A stretch of 47,244 bases of DNA, from NCBI GenBank assembly GCA_964639605.1, contig CAZXEF010000001.1, forward strand, positions 1-47,244, read 5' to 3'. The first letter of the stretch is position 1; every line of letters starts with the position of its first letter. Shown here piece after piece: positions 23,608 through 33,728 of this stretch. The notes below the pieces were generated by a model. It saw nothing but the letters and a program-made list of their open reading frames with translations. It was not told where the DNA came from and did not search any database. The stretch comes from an uncultured bacterium. Its GTDB lineage: Bacteria; Fermentibacterota; Fermentibacteria; Fermentibacterales; JCC-6. The translations under genes and the position numbers were made by a program.

Positions 23608-24951
23608 ATGGGACAATTAGATACCACAGCATTGGCGTACCAGTTCAAACGTACGTATGGTGATATGATCACCGACATTTTTCCACGGCAGATTATGACA
23701 TATAACCTGTTCCAGACCTCGGCCAGAAAGGCCAAGTTCAGAACAGGCGGGGCAGGCTTCTACTTCTCAGCAAGGCAGGCGGATGTTGAGGGAGTTGGTG
23801 GCCGCGCCGAGAACGCATATTTGCCTGAGCCTCTGTCCGGAGACGGCGTACAGGGGGTCATCACGCCGAAACTTAATTATGCCGTAGTGCGACTTTCCGG
23901 TCTCGCTATGGAAGCTGGCAAGGCGGATCTGGATTCCTTCGTGGATGCCCAGACCGACGCGACGCAGAACGCGTACAATTCCCTTGTCAGCGACCTCAAC
24001 AGGCAGTGTCACGGAGACGGGTATGGGTTGCTTGCAACACTGTCCACTACCTCAGACACCCTGTCTACTTCTGCTACATGGACAATAACCTGTAACAACG
24101 ACAGAGGAGTCAGATACCTCAAAAAAGGTATGGTAGTTGACTTCTACAACAGTACTGCTATCGACCAAGGTGCTGTCGCGTCGAGGATCTCTTCGATAGA
24201 TCCTATCAACAAAACTGCCGAGATGGAAGCTGTTTCAGCCGCTGGGGCAGGTGGTTCTGCCTATCAGGCATACCACCCCTTGTCAGCAGCCAGAACCTAT
24301 ACAATCGCGGCTGAAACAATAGCTTCAGGATCTTTCGTGGTCCGGTACGGGGCAAGGCTTGCTGCGCACGCAACATCCAATGCCAATTATGAGTTGGCAG
24401 GACTTGAGGCTGCATACGACGATGGGACCAACCTTGCTACATACGAAGGTATTACCATCGCCAATGACCCCGAGTTCAAGGCCAATATAATGAGCAACAG
24501 CGGAGTACCAAGGGATCTGTCAATAGACCTTATGCTTGCCGCAGTAGATATGACCGCAGCTCGGTCACAGAATACTGTTGGGCTTATCCGGATGGGTATC
24601 GGCCAGAGACGGAAGTACTATGGATTGATGGCCCCGGATATCAGGTATAGCGCAGGGCAGCTCATGGGCGGATACGAGAAACTTTCGTTCAGCCAGAATG
24701 GAGCCATCTCCATGGTGGTTGACCCTGTTACTCAGCCGAACACAATATACTTCGAGCCTATGGACGCGCTGAAGAGATACGTGCTCGCGGATATTGGATG
24801 GGGCGGATTTGACCCGAACAAGATGCACTGGAGAGAGGACTATGATCAGGCGACCATGTTCCTGAGAATATACTCCAACCTTGGAACTGAAGAGCGAAAT
24901 GCTCTAACCAAGCTGGCTGATCTCAGGGAACCGAGCAATATGCCGTTCTAG
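23608..24951 (+). CDS. major capsid protein
   Basis: 447 aa with a strong RBS, immediately after the scaffold gene and followed by a hairpin. The call rests on position. Confidence 0.7.
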   Translation: MGQLDTTALAYQFKRTYGDMITDIFPRQIMTYNLFQTSARKAKFRTGGAGFYFSARQADVEGVGGRAENAYLPEPLSGDGVQGVITPKLNYAVVRLSGLAMEAGKADLDSFVDAQTDATQNAYNSLVSDLNRQCHGDGYGLLATLSTTSDTLSTSATWTITCNNDRGVRYLKKGMVVDFYNSTAIDQGAVASRISSIDPINKTAEMEAVSAAGAGGSAYQAYHPLSAARTYTIAAETIASGSFVVRYGARLAAHATSNANYELAGLEAAYDDGTNLATYEGITIANDPEFKANIMSNSGVPRDLSIDLMLAAVDMTAARSQNTVGLIRMGIGQRRKYYGLMAPDIRYSAGQLMGGYEKLSFSQNGAISMVVDPVTQPNTIYFEPMDALKRYVLADIGWGGFDPNKMHWREDYDQATMFLRIYSNLGTEERNALTKLADLREPSNMPF

Positions 24952-24969
24952 CAATCTGAAACTTAGTAT

Positions 24970-24993
24970 CCTAGGGGTGTAGTCGCCCCTAGG
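24970..24993 (+). terminator. stem-loop after the capsid gene (attenuator/terminator candidate)
   Basis: CCTAGGGG-tgtagtcg-CCCCTAGG forms an 8-bp stem. There is no clear U-tract. Confidence 0.4.
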
Positions 24994-25023
24994 GGTAAAC
25001 TATGAACACAAAGGAGACAAATT

Positions 25024-26034
25024 ATGGGAATTAAATTAAGGAATTTGGACCAGAGCTTGGTTCAATGGATAATGACTGCTACAGGGCTTGGTCCCGGAAT
25101 CGGGAAACTGCACTGGGTAGCGCCCGAGGCAGCCGCAACGTCGCAATTTAGAACTCAGCTTGAGGACATGGGGGTTGAAGAGGATTACCCAATCCACACT
25201 CTCCCGTCCGTGGCTGAGGGGTATATGGAAGGATACCGAAACGACGTAATGCTTGTCGCTCCGGGAGCCTATGACGAGAGTGCTTCAATAGCATGGAGCA
25301 ATCCGTGGTCCCACATACTCGGTCTGGGAGGCCCGAACTGCGCGGGAGATTACTCGGAGCCGAACACGGTAATATACACTGATACAACTGGAATAGCCGC
25401 TACAATCAATATTACCGGGCAGAACTGCACATTCGTCAACATGAACTTCCAGAATGCGGGGGCACACGCAGGAAACCTTGCAGCGGTCAAGCTGGACAAA
25501 TACGGGTGTTATTTCAAAAATTGCCACATCGCAGGCTGTATGGCGGCGACGCAGGCAGCGACAGCGCTGGCTTGCTCTCTCCAGATAGAATACGATGGTA
25601 TGTACCCCGTGTTTGATAACTGTATAATCGGCCACGACGTGTGGACAACTCGATCAGGCGCGAATCAGGGTGTTATACTGTTCAAGGATGGGCAGACAAA
25701 TGGCGGAACATTCGTCGACTGTGATATCCTTAGTGTATGTGAGACAGCGACAGGTGTTTTTGTGGCTGTGGTTGGCGCCAACAAACTTGGTAGAGGATGG
25801 ACATTCAAGCGGTGTAAATTTGATAACTACACCACGGGCACCAGAATGAATCAGGCTTTCTACGAGAGTGCCGCGAATTCCATCGGTGACAGGACAATTC
25901 ATCTGATTGACTGCTATCTTAACACTAACGGCTGCGACGCATGGCAGGACGACAACAACGACACCATTCACGGTTCTATGCCTGTTGCCAGTGCTGCTGG
26001 CGGACTCAGCGCAGAAATTTCGGACGGTGGATAA
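25024..26034 (+). CDS. parallel beta-helix repeat protein
   Basis: Repeated 'xNCxFxNxxF / CYFKNCHIAG / FDNCIIGHD / FVDCDIL / FKRCKFDN' rungs are typical of a right-handed beta-helix. Confidence 0.55.
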   Translation: MGIKLRNLDQSLVQWIMTATGLGPGIGKLHWVAPEAAATSQFRTQLEDMGVEEDYPIHTLPSVAEGYMEGYRNDVMLVAPGAYDESASIAWSNPWSHILGLGGPNCAGDYSEPNTVIYTDTTGIAATINITGQNCTFVNMNFQNAGAHAGNLAAVKLDKYGCYFKNCHIAGCMAATQAATALACSLQIEYDGMYPVFDNCIIGHDVWTTRSGANQGVILFKDGQTNGGTFVDCDILSVCETATGVFVAVVGANKLGRGWTFKRCKFDNYTTGTRMNQAFYESAANSIGDRTIHLIDCYLNTNGCDAWQDDNNDTIHGSMPVASAAGGLSAEISDGG

Positions 26035-26246
26035 TGTTGGTGAGTAAAAATACTAGGCGGCGAAGGAAGAGGACAGTGCCCAATGTCAACACTCCAATAG
26101 TAGTTGGAAAGGGAAAAGACATGCAGTTCAATCCCCCAGTAATAAAGACATGGAGAGAGGATGCATGCGACGCTGACAACTGGAAACACGGGAGAGTCAG
26201 CGACCCGTACCGGGACAACTACGAAAGGATATTCGGGCACAACTGA
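26034..26246 (+). CDS. hypothetical protein with an Arg-rich N-terminus
   Basis: TAATG overlap at 26034. Sequence begins MLVSKNTRRRRKRT.... Confidence 0.45.
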   Translation: MLVSKNTRRRRKRTVPNVNTPIVVGKGKDMQFNPPVIKTWREDACDADNWKHGRVSDPYRDNYERIFGHN

Positions 26247-26857
26247 TGCTACCTTCATTTGCCGTATCAGGATTTCCAAGGGCGGGTACTTCTACCATGA
26301 TGAGATTTATGTATTATGGTGGTATACCCGCTCTTGTCAGCGAAAACAAGTGCGAAGGCACCTCGGAATTTAATCCCTATGGGGAATGGGAGCTTGAGGA
26401 CGTAGGAAATGCGCTGAAAAAGATTGGCCCGGAGGATACTTCTGGGCATGTTGTAAAACTAGTTGCGCCGTACATGCATGCTCTTCCGCTGGACAGGAAA
26501 TGGAAAGTCGTCTTTATGAACCGGGACATCAATGAGATAATAACGTCCCTTCTGGCGATGAGAACTGTATGGGAGCATTCCCCAGCCGAGGCGATATCTG
26601 ATGCAAAGATGTTCTTGAGAAGGCATCAGGTGCCGACGCTGGATGTACACTACAAGGATATGTTGAATTACCCAAAGAGTGTGGCTGCAGCAATTAGCGA
26701 ATTTCTCGAAGTGGACCTAGACGTGGACGAAGCTGTCAAAGCAGTGGACCCCAACGCTAGGCAGAAGATAAAAGGAGTCCGGCACAAAAATGGAGAGGAA
26801 CCCTTGCTTGGATTTGATTTCAACAGGGTAGTGCCGGAAAAGGAAATGGATTTATAG
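26246..26857 (+). CDS. sulfotransferase-like protein
   Basis: 'SGFPRAGTSTMM' resembles a PAPS 5'-phosphosulfate loop (PKxGTT/PRSGTS type). 'NRDINEIITS' resembles the 3'-phosphate motif RxxxDxxxS. TGATG overlap with the upstream gene. Confidence 0.55.
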   Translation: MLPSFAVSGFPRAGTSTMMRFMYYGGIPALVSENKCEGTSEFNPYGEWELEDVGNALKKIGPEDTSGHVVKLVAPYMHALPLDRKWKVVFMNRDINEIITSLLAMRTVWEHSPAEAISDAKMFLRRHQVPTLDVHYKDMLNYPKSVAAAISEFLEVDLDVDEAVKAVDPNARQKIKGVRHKNGEEPLLGFDFNRVVPEKEMDL

Positions 26858-26870
26858 GGAGGATACTGAT

Positions 26871-27356
26871 ATGTACGAAGGAATAACCCCAAGCGTTCCA
26901 GCAGAATTTTTAAGGAAGCTAAAGAAGCTGGACAAGGGCCTTGGATGCGAGTTTAGCAGGGAGCATAGCAGGTTTGTCATAACCCAGACAGGGAAAATAT
27001 CCGGGAAAGTGCCGGTATTTCTGGTGCTGGGCGATGATGGCGGCGGATACAGGTACCCCGACCAGCGAGACATAGATGTTCTTCACAGGGCAGATATGCA
27101 CAGAAAGGGACAGGAAGTTAAGGACAGGATTCGTATCGGTGAGGAGTATATGAGGGAGTCCAGAGAGAAGCAGGACAAGAGCAATGCTTCAACCATACGG
27201 GACCAGACCAAGGACGACAAAATACAGTTGTCCAACACATACGTAAAGTCCTTCAATCTTGGTAAGGGAAATTCTGCATTCAGACGGATAGAACACAAGC
27301 CAAAGGGGTTTGTGGTAAAGGATAACAGATTAACTAATGCTTCGGAAATCAACTGA
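26871..27356 (+). CDS. hypothetical protein
   Basis: 161 aa with an AGGGAGGA RBS. Confidence 0.6.
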   Translation: MYEGITPSVPAEFLRKLKKLDKGLGCEFSREHSRFVITQTGKISGKVPVFLVLGDDGGGYRYPDQRDIDVLHRADMHRKGQEVKDRIRIGEEYMRESREKQDKSNASTIRDQTKDDKIQLSNTYVKSFNLGKGNSAFRRIEHKPKGFVVKDNRLTNASEIN

Positions 27357-27401
27357 TAGTTGGTCAGTAACGACCTATATCAAGATGATTCGAAAGGAGA
27401 C

Positions 27402-28073
27402 ATGGAAATGGCAATAGTAGCAAATTTTACACCGGACACAATTGAGTGGACACACATCGGGGTAGTAGGGACACTGAAACCTGATGAAATAGAGGACTTC
27501 AATACTGGCAGAGCGAACCATATCCTCAGCAAATACGGCAATCGCGGGCTGGTTAGACTGGAGCTTGGCGATGATAAGGAAGAGATCATCAAGGGAAAAA
27601 GGAAAGTAGCGATGAAAATGTGGAGAGATTTCTGGCTTAAACAGATAGCCTACCACAACCAGCACAATGAGAATCTGAAGAACTCTAATTGCGCTCTGGT
27701 CGACCCGGCGGAAGACCTGAGAGACCACGCCGAGAAACTGGGGGTAGACCTGATAGGCCCTTGGAGCATCAAGCAGTTTGAGAAGGACAAGGAAGTAACC
27801 CAGCTTCGCGAGGATAATGCCCAGCTCAGACGGGATTTTGACGAGCTAAAGCGACTGATAACCATGACGAATACTAGGGAAGAAGCTTCTGCGAACTATG
27901 ACAGTATTAGAAGCAGATTCAAGACCCTGAACAGAAACAATCTCGCCGCATTCGTCAATGAGAATGCTGCGGATATAATGGCATGGCCCATGGCCATAGT
28001 CTTGGAGCTTAAGGACAAGTACAAGAAATTCTACGACAAGGACGGAAAGGATTCTTGGCCTTTAGCCCAGTAG
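27402..28073 (+). CDS. hypothetical protein
   Basis: Start trimmed to the ATG at 27402 behind an AAAGGAGA RBS. 223 aa. Confidence 0.55.
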   Translation: MEMAIVANFTPDTIEWTHIGVVGTLKPDEIEDFNTGRANHILSKYGNRGLVRLELGDDKEEIIKGKRKVAMKMWRDFWLKQIAYHNQHNENLKNSNCALVDPAEDLRDHAEKLGVDLIGPWSIKQFEKDKEVTQLREDNAQLRRDFDELKRLITMTNTREEASANYDSIRSRFKTLNRNNLAAFVNENAADIMAWPMAIVLELKDKYKKFYDKDGKDSWPLAQ

Positions 28074-28082
28074 GGAGAGGCG

Positions 28083-28961
28083 ATGACATACAGAAATTCC
28101 TACGATATGTTGGGGGATCTCAGACATAACCTCAACGAGTATAGCACAGCGCTGCACCAAGGGACCTCCACCAGCGGGAAATACGATAATGGGTGGCTGA
28201 TGCGGGAAGGGATCAATATAGCTCAGGCGGAATTGTATGAAATGCTGGTGCTGGTAATGCGAGAGCACTTTCTGGAGGGTCCTGAGGACATAGCTGTCAC
28301 AAGCTCTGTCATAACGCTGCCATCCGATTTCGGGGAGCTTGAGGAACTGAGGGACGGAAATGGCGCCAAGGTATACAGGTCGGGAGTAAAAAATCTCCCG
28401 GCCAACGGAAGCGATGGCTCTAAGCGGGCATACTACCGCAAGGGAAATACCTTGGTGCTCAACAGAAGTGGAATTACTGATACTTATTCAATAGCATATA
28501 TAAGAAAGCCTAGGGATCTGGATCAGGGGGCCGCCTCTTCTGGAAATACCCTAGCCACTACTGCTGTTCCAGTCGACGACTACTATAACGGGATGTATAT
28601 CGAGAGCATTACTGGAAGCTGGGCAGGCGAGATAAGCGACTATACAGCAGGAAGAGTTATAACTGTCAGCGGACAGACCCTGACCAGCGGACACTACTAT
28701 GGAATAATAAGCGATCTGCCATATGAGTTCCACAAGCACATCGTCCCTAGGGCAACAATACTATGCAAGGCGGCTCATCCATCCTCGCAGGAGAAACCCA
28801 GTGCGGGGGACGTGCAATTATGGAGCAAAAGCGTCGCTGACACATTTCGGGCATTTGCCGGAAATAAAGCGGATGTGGACCCAGAGAGTATATGGTGCGA
28901 TAGTGATAGAGCACTATCCGGTGGGTTCAGTATTCCCGGACACAGTAACTTGGTTTGGTAA
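28083..28961 (+). CDS. virion structural protein (position fits an adaptor / tail-tubular-A-like role)
   Basis: 292 aa, immediately before an ~820-aa gene, as in podovirus tail modules. Positional inference only. Confidence 0.45.
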   Translation: MTYRNSYDMLGDLRHNLNEYSTALHQGTSTSGKYDNGWLMREGINIAQAELYEMLVLVMREHFLEGPEDIAVTSSVITLPSDFGELEELRDGNGAKVYRSGVKNLPANGSDGSKRAYYRKGNTLVLNRSGITDTYSIAYIRKPRDLDQGAASSGNTLATTAVPVDDYYNGMYIESITGSWAGEISDYTAGRVITVSGQTLTSGHYYGIISDLPYEFHKHIVPRATILCKAAHPSSQEKPSAGDVQLWSKSVADTFRAFAGNKADVDPESIWCDSDRALSGGFSIPGHSNLVW

Positions 28962-28970
28962 GGATATACT

Positions 28971-31442
28971 ATGCCTAAGAACTCATTAACTCCACTGACC
29001 GGGGTGCCTTTGCGCGGGGGGATGAATTCCTATCTGGAAGCGCCTCAACTTCCTCCGGGGGCGTTCTCGTTGGTTCAGAACCTACGCCCTAGGCACCCCG
29101 GATTTACGAAGCGTCCGGGCCATCGCAAACAGCACAGTACTGCGGACGGCACAAATCAAGTGCAGACCCTGTACCAATTTCGGAAAACTCAGATCGACGA
29201 GTCCCATTTCTTCGGACAATTCTCCGATGGGGATATACTTGAGGCAGACAATGCTCCCCCCGCCGTAACGACGGGAGCCTTCGGGGATGAGGTATTTTCC
29301 GGGTCGGCCAGCCAGAAGCCTGCAGCGTGGTCCAATATGCAGGACCTATTGATAATGTCGAACGGAGTAGACCAGCACAAAGTATACGCCGGTCTAAGCA
29401 ATTATCCCGACAAAGTTGTCGTCTATGATCACACGGCTGCCGCTCCAGTAGTGCCCGACGAGGGAATGGATTATACGGAACAGGCCACCGATGGATTAAG
29501 TACTACTGTGGTAGTTTTGGATGCAATTGGGACAGACAGCGATCAGGCCCTGTTCATATGCTGCCCGGTTCCCGCCAACAGACTTACTTTCACTGTGTCT
29601 GCCGCGAACGGAAATGACGTGGCAGTGACTGTATCGTGCAGAACTCAAACCAATACTTGGTCGGACGTATCCGCTACGGACGGAACTGATTCCAGCGGGT
29701 CTCTAGCCCAGACCGGAACAATGTACTGGACGCCTAACGCGTCTGAGATACCTACATATATGTACGGGATGTGCGGATTCTGGTACAGACTGACGTGGGA
29801 TGGAGCGCTGGACGCAGAGGTGGAAGTATCCAAAATAACCTACGGGACGGATCACGATGGAGACGGGGCGCGGACTTCTTTTCTCAACATACACAATGTG
29901 TGGGACGGACTTCCCCCATACGCCATCGAGGCAGTTGTGTACGACAGCAGCGCAGGAACATACAACACCAATGGGACTGGGGCTGTAGACCTCGGGTCCG
30001 TACTCATGGACGAAAATGATGCGCTGTTCATCTCTAGCCCATATCCGCTGATGGGGTTATACATTGATCCGGGAAGTACTCCCAACACCGGGGACGCTAC
30101 ATCTATCGATGCAGCCTATTACTGGGACGGGGATAGTTGGGCCGCCCTGTCCAATCTAGCCGACGAAACTGCAGGACTGACTGGGGCTGGATGGGTGACG
30201 TGGGACAGACCCTCGGGGGAATATCAGCAGCAATTCCGCGCGACCCAGTACTACGCATACTGGTATAAACTGGAAGTAGACGATGCGATAGCTGGGGATG
30301 CCAATGGGACTATGGTAATATCTATTCAAACTATGCCATATTTCGATATAAACGAGGCCGGTTCCGTAGGGGTAGCGAACTGCGCTTGGGGAGATCATAT
30401 GTGCTATTCCTTCTCGCGATACGGGCAGTATATATACGTATCGGCTCTAGGAAAAATCCTGACATTAAACGGGCTAGGGTTCGGGGTGCTTGAGGCCGGG
30501 GATGGTCGCTCTAATAAAGTTATAGCGATGGACAAATTTCACAATGAAATGATAGCGTGGCAGGAAGAGAAAGGAATTGAGGGAGGATGCACTACCCTTT
30601 TTGAGGGGTACAGCCCGGACACATATGGCAAGCTGCTACTGTCGTCCAGAGTTGGAATAGTCAATGCCAAGGCCCACATAGTGGTTGATGGGGTATTGAC
30701 AAGCACTGCCACCGACGAGCGCCTGAAGACGCTGGCTTTCTGGATAAGCAGATACGGGGTATGCGTCTCAGACGGAAGGACTGTCGCGATAATATCGGAT
30801 AGTGTAAGAAACTACTTTGACCCCACCAACTCCAGCAATTGTATAACATATGGGGCCGAGGATCAGCACTGGATAGGGTTCGATTCGGCGTACAATATCC
30901 TAAGGGTGGGATTAGCTACTGGAGGATCTGACACGCCCAACACATTTCTGGTATTTGATCTAACAGACAAGGTATGGTATAAGGATTCCATAGCGCAGGA
31001 GTTGGCGTGCGCGACAGAGGTAGAGGCTGGCAGCGGGGACATACCGGTGGTTCAGGTCGGGGGCGGTATCGACGACGGGACAGTGTATCAATTGAACTAT
31101 GGCACGACAGATATCAGTACAGCAATAACCAGTATACTGGACATCGAATTTCAGGACGGGGGCCAGCAGTTGATATTGGACGAACTACTACTGAGGTGCA
31201 AGACGCAGGCCGCCGGAAGTATACTTCTGTCAATATACGAGAACAAAATAGTTTCTCCGAACGTAACCGATGAAGCGCTGGCAATGACAGTGGAGAACGC
31301 CAATGAAGTAGTAAGACGGCATGTAGTTCCGCTAAATAATTCAAGCCAGCATATTACCGTGAGGCTAGCCCACGCGACGGCCTCTCAGGAAATGTATCTG
31401 TATGACTTGGGAATAAGGATGTATATATGGACCCTAAGATAG
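28971..31442 (+). CDS. large virion structural protein (tail-tubular-B/nozzle-like by size and position)
   Basis: 823-aa uninterrupted ORF in the tail module. Positional inference only. Confidence 0.45.
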   Translation: MPKNSLTPLTGVPLRGGMNSYLEAPQLPPGAFSLVQNLRPRHPGFTKRPGHRKQHSTADGTNQVQTLYQFRKTQIDESHFFGQFSDGDILEADNAPPAVTTGAFGDEVFSGSASQKPAAWSNMQDLLIMSNGVDQHKVYAGLSNYPDKVVVYDHTAAAPVVPDEGMDYTEQATDGLSTTVVVLDAIGTDSDQALFICCPVPANRLTFTVSAANGNDVAVTVSCRTQTNTWSDVSATDGTDSSGSLAQTGTMYWTPNASEIPTYMYGMCGFWYRLTWDGALDAEVEVSKITYGTDHDGDGARTSFLNIHNVWDGLPPYAIEAVVYDSSAGTYNTNGTGAVDLGSVLMDENDALFISSPYPLMGLYIDPGSTPNTGDATSIDAAYYWDGDSWAALSNLADETAGLTGAGWVTWDRPSGEYQQQFRATQYYAYWYKLEVDDAIAGDANGTMVISIQTMPYFDINEAGSVGVANCAWGDHMCYSFSRYGQYIYVSALGKILTLNGLGFGVLEAGDGRSNKVIAMDKFHNEMIAWQEEKGIEGGCTTLFEGYSPDTYGKLLLSSRVGIVNAKAHIVVDGVLTSTATDERLKTLAFWISRYGVCVSDGRTVAIISDSVRNYFDPTNSSNCITYGAEDQHWIGFDSAYNILRVGLATGGSDTPNTFLVFDLTDKVWYKDSIAQELACATEVEAGSGDIPVVQVGGGIDDGTVYQLNYGTTDISTAITSILDIEFQDGGQQLILDELLLRCKTQAAGSILLSIYENKIVSPNVTDEALAMTVENANEVVRRHVVPLNNSSQHITVRLAHATASQEMYLYDLGIRMYIWTLR

Positions 31443-31600
31443 CCACGTGGACAAAGAAATTTTTCAATATCAAGAAGATAGGGGACGAGCCTCCACTCAG
31501 GAATAGTGGAATATGGAAAGAGTGGGAAGGCGGAATCGACAAGAAGACATGGGACAGGAATGTAGTAAATGGCAAAGCCGAAAAATCCAATAGTGCGTAA
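31427..31600 (+). CDS. possible 57-aa protein
   Basis: MDPKIATWTKKFFNIKKIGDEPPLRNSGIWKEWEGGIDKKTWDRNVVNGKAEKSNSA fills the 31442-31569 gap. It overlaps the annotated fibre start in another frame. Confidence 0.3.
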   Translation: MDPKIATWTKKFFNIKKIGDEPPLRNSGIWKEWEGGIDKKTWDRNVVNGKAEKSNSA

Positions 31601-33728
31601 TTACGGCAGAAGGCCTTCAGTAATCGGGGACGAGGGAGACTATCACGAGATGATGAAGACCCCGCCCAGAAAGGCTCTGCTTGACCAGCGCTTGGAGCCT
31701 AAGAGCCAGTTTGACAAGCCATATCTGCAGGATGACTATGCCGAGATGGAATACGAACAGCCAGCTCCTCCGGGCCTTACCAGCGTATCCACCCCTGATC
31801 TTGACTGGCCAGAGGTCCCAAGCTCTCCGGTCCCGGATCTACCTCCTCCGGGAGAAGGAGGAAAACTGTGCGGTCTGGTGTGCTTCTCGCCTCTGTATTG
31901 CGACGATCCTGTGGAATGTCATATAGCAGTGATTCAGGGCTACACGACTGAGGATATATATACTCATCCGGGACTATTCCACGCGACGATAAACGGTGCC
32001 CCAGTCAATATAAAAATTGAGGGAGGGATTCGCCCAATAAAAATATACCCACCCGCAATCAGAAGTCCAAGGTGCTGGGGAGTTTACCCGGACGACCCAA
32101 AGGACCTCGTGTCTCTGAGAATAATAGGAAAGGACAAGAGTGGTAATATAATATTATCATGCGAGGAAAATATTGACGTGTTCTGCCAGCCGGGGAACAA
32201 ATGCGGGTGTAACTGCGAAGATCTCCCCGAAGGGGCATTTGCCTTCGACGCTGATAGTACTACGGATACAATAGGACCCAATAGTTCAACAACTATTTAT
32301 TTTACTGGAGGTTGTCCTCCTTATAAATTCTTTATACCCTATGCTTTAGGATATTATTTTGATGTCAATCATACCATAACAGAATTAACTATTACAGATC
32401 CTTATTCGGAGGATAATAACTCTATTAATCTTTTTTGTTTGGATGGAGTTGCAGAGGTAAATTTTGATTGTGAAGCTCTTGTTACAGGTTTAGACAAATG
32501 TTCAGGATACAGTGACTACCCTGCCTGGAAAAGTGGAGTAAATTATACTGGTGGAAAAACGGTGGTATATGATGATCGTTATGAATGTTTGGAAGATCAT
32601 ACCTCATCAGGCAATTTTTATGAGGATTATGACGCTGGATATTGGTTTAAAAATACTTTTGGTGACGACTTCGTAAAGACTATAACTATATATAATACAG
32701 CTTGTTGTTGTGATGATCTGCCTTTTGGTGCATTGGAATTTGATAATGATTCTACACCTGATACCGTAGTAGCTGGAAGTTCTATAGATATTTATGTAAC
32801 AGGTGGATGTGGTCCGTTTGTATTCTCTACTGATAGCGTAGGATATAGCTTTCCAAGCCACAACTATTCTTCGTGGGCAACAGAAACAGATTACGTTTAT
32901 GAAGACGTTGTAGAACCTCCAACTTATCTGGATTGGACTACCAGTACATTATATGAAGTAGGAGATACGGTATCTAATTCCGGTGTATATGTGTGTTTAG
33001 TAGAGCATACATCAGGTGATTTTGAGGATGATGTAACCTCCGGATATTGGTATTCGTATGGAGTACTTGCTCCATATTACATCTGTATTGGAGATCATAC
33101 TTCTACAGATTTCATAGATGACATTGAAGCATGGTATCCTTTACAGGAAAATGATCATTGGACGTTAGATAGAGTTGATACGTTATCTTGCGATACAGGT
33201 GTTTGCGGAGATCCAGGAGGATATGCAGCAAATGCTTTAGTTTCGATAAAGGACATTTGTGATACAGTAGTTACAGCTAATATAAGAAATACTTCAGGTC
33301 ACTGGGATTTCTTCATTGGATCAAGTAATAGTCCTGATCCAATAAGGGCATCGGGATATGTTTACATCGATAACATGAGAGTTTATATAGGTTGGGGAGA
33401 AGGTGGCACAATACCAGTTAATGCTAATTCATGTGCTCAAGAATACCCGGTTCCACTAACTTCTTTGTTTTCTCCTTCATTAACTGGTCCTGGATATCTT
33501 CCCCAAGAGATGGTGAACCATAGCAATAATCCCGATAGAACTTGGGAGGAATATGCTACTTGGCTGGGAGAACAGGGAGACATTGTAGCAGCAGGACTTG
33601 TTCTTGATTGGTGTAGATGGGCTGGAACCTCTATTTGCTATTTTATGTTCCAAGATAATCCTTGTACTGTCGGTAATTCAAATAAACGATTGGCAAGATC
33701 ATGGTCTGTATATGAGTGGGTATGCTAA
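31569..33728 (+). CDS. tail fibre / receptor-binding protein with CBM5/12-like carbohydrate-binding repeats
   Basis: 'YPAWKSGVNYTGGKTVVYDDRYECLEDHTS', 'LDWTTSTLYEVGDTVSNSGVYVCLVEHTS' and 'YYICIGDHTS' follow the W..g..Y..Gd.V...g..Y.c...H.s pattern. The module CxC(E/D)DLP.GA..FD.DST.DT......I..TGGC.P..F is duplicated. The start could instead be a downstream Met near 31647. Confidence 0.6.
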   Translation: MAKPKNPIVRNYGRRPSVIGDEGDYHEMMKTPPRKALLDQRLEPKSQFDKPYLQDDYAEMEYEQPAPPGLTSVSTPDLDWPEVPSSPVPDLPPPGEGGKLCGLVCFSPLYCDDPVECHIAVIQGYTTEDIYTHPGLFHATINGAPVNIKIEGGIRPIKIYPPAIRSPRCWGVYPDDPKDLVSLRIIGKDKSGNIILSCEENIDVFCQPGNKCGCNCEDLPEGAFAFDADSTTDTIGPNSSTTIYFTGGCPPYKFFIPYALGYYFDVNHTITELTITDPYSEDNNSINLFCLDGVAEVNFDCEALVTGLDKCSGYSDYPAWKSGVNYTGGKTVVYDDRYECLEDHTSSGNFYEDYDAGYWFKNTFGDDFVKTITIYNTACCCDDLPFGALEFDNDSTPDTVVAGSSIDIYVTGGCGPFVFSTDSVGYSFPSHNYSSWATETDYVYEDVVEPPTYLDWTTSTLYEVGDTVSNSGVYVCLVEHTSGDFEDDVTSGYWYSYGVLAPYYICIGDHTSTDFIDDIEAWYPLQENDHWTLDRVDTLSCDTGVCGDPGGYAANALVSIKDICDTVVTANIRNTSGHWDFFIGSSNSPDPIRASGYVYIDNMRVYIGWGEGGTIPVNANSCAQEYPVPLTSLFSPSLTGPGYLPQEMVNHSNNPDRTWEEYATWLGEQGDIVAAGLVLDWCRWAGTSICYFMFQDNPCTVGNSNKRLARSWSVYEWVC

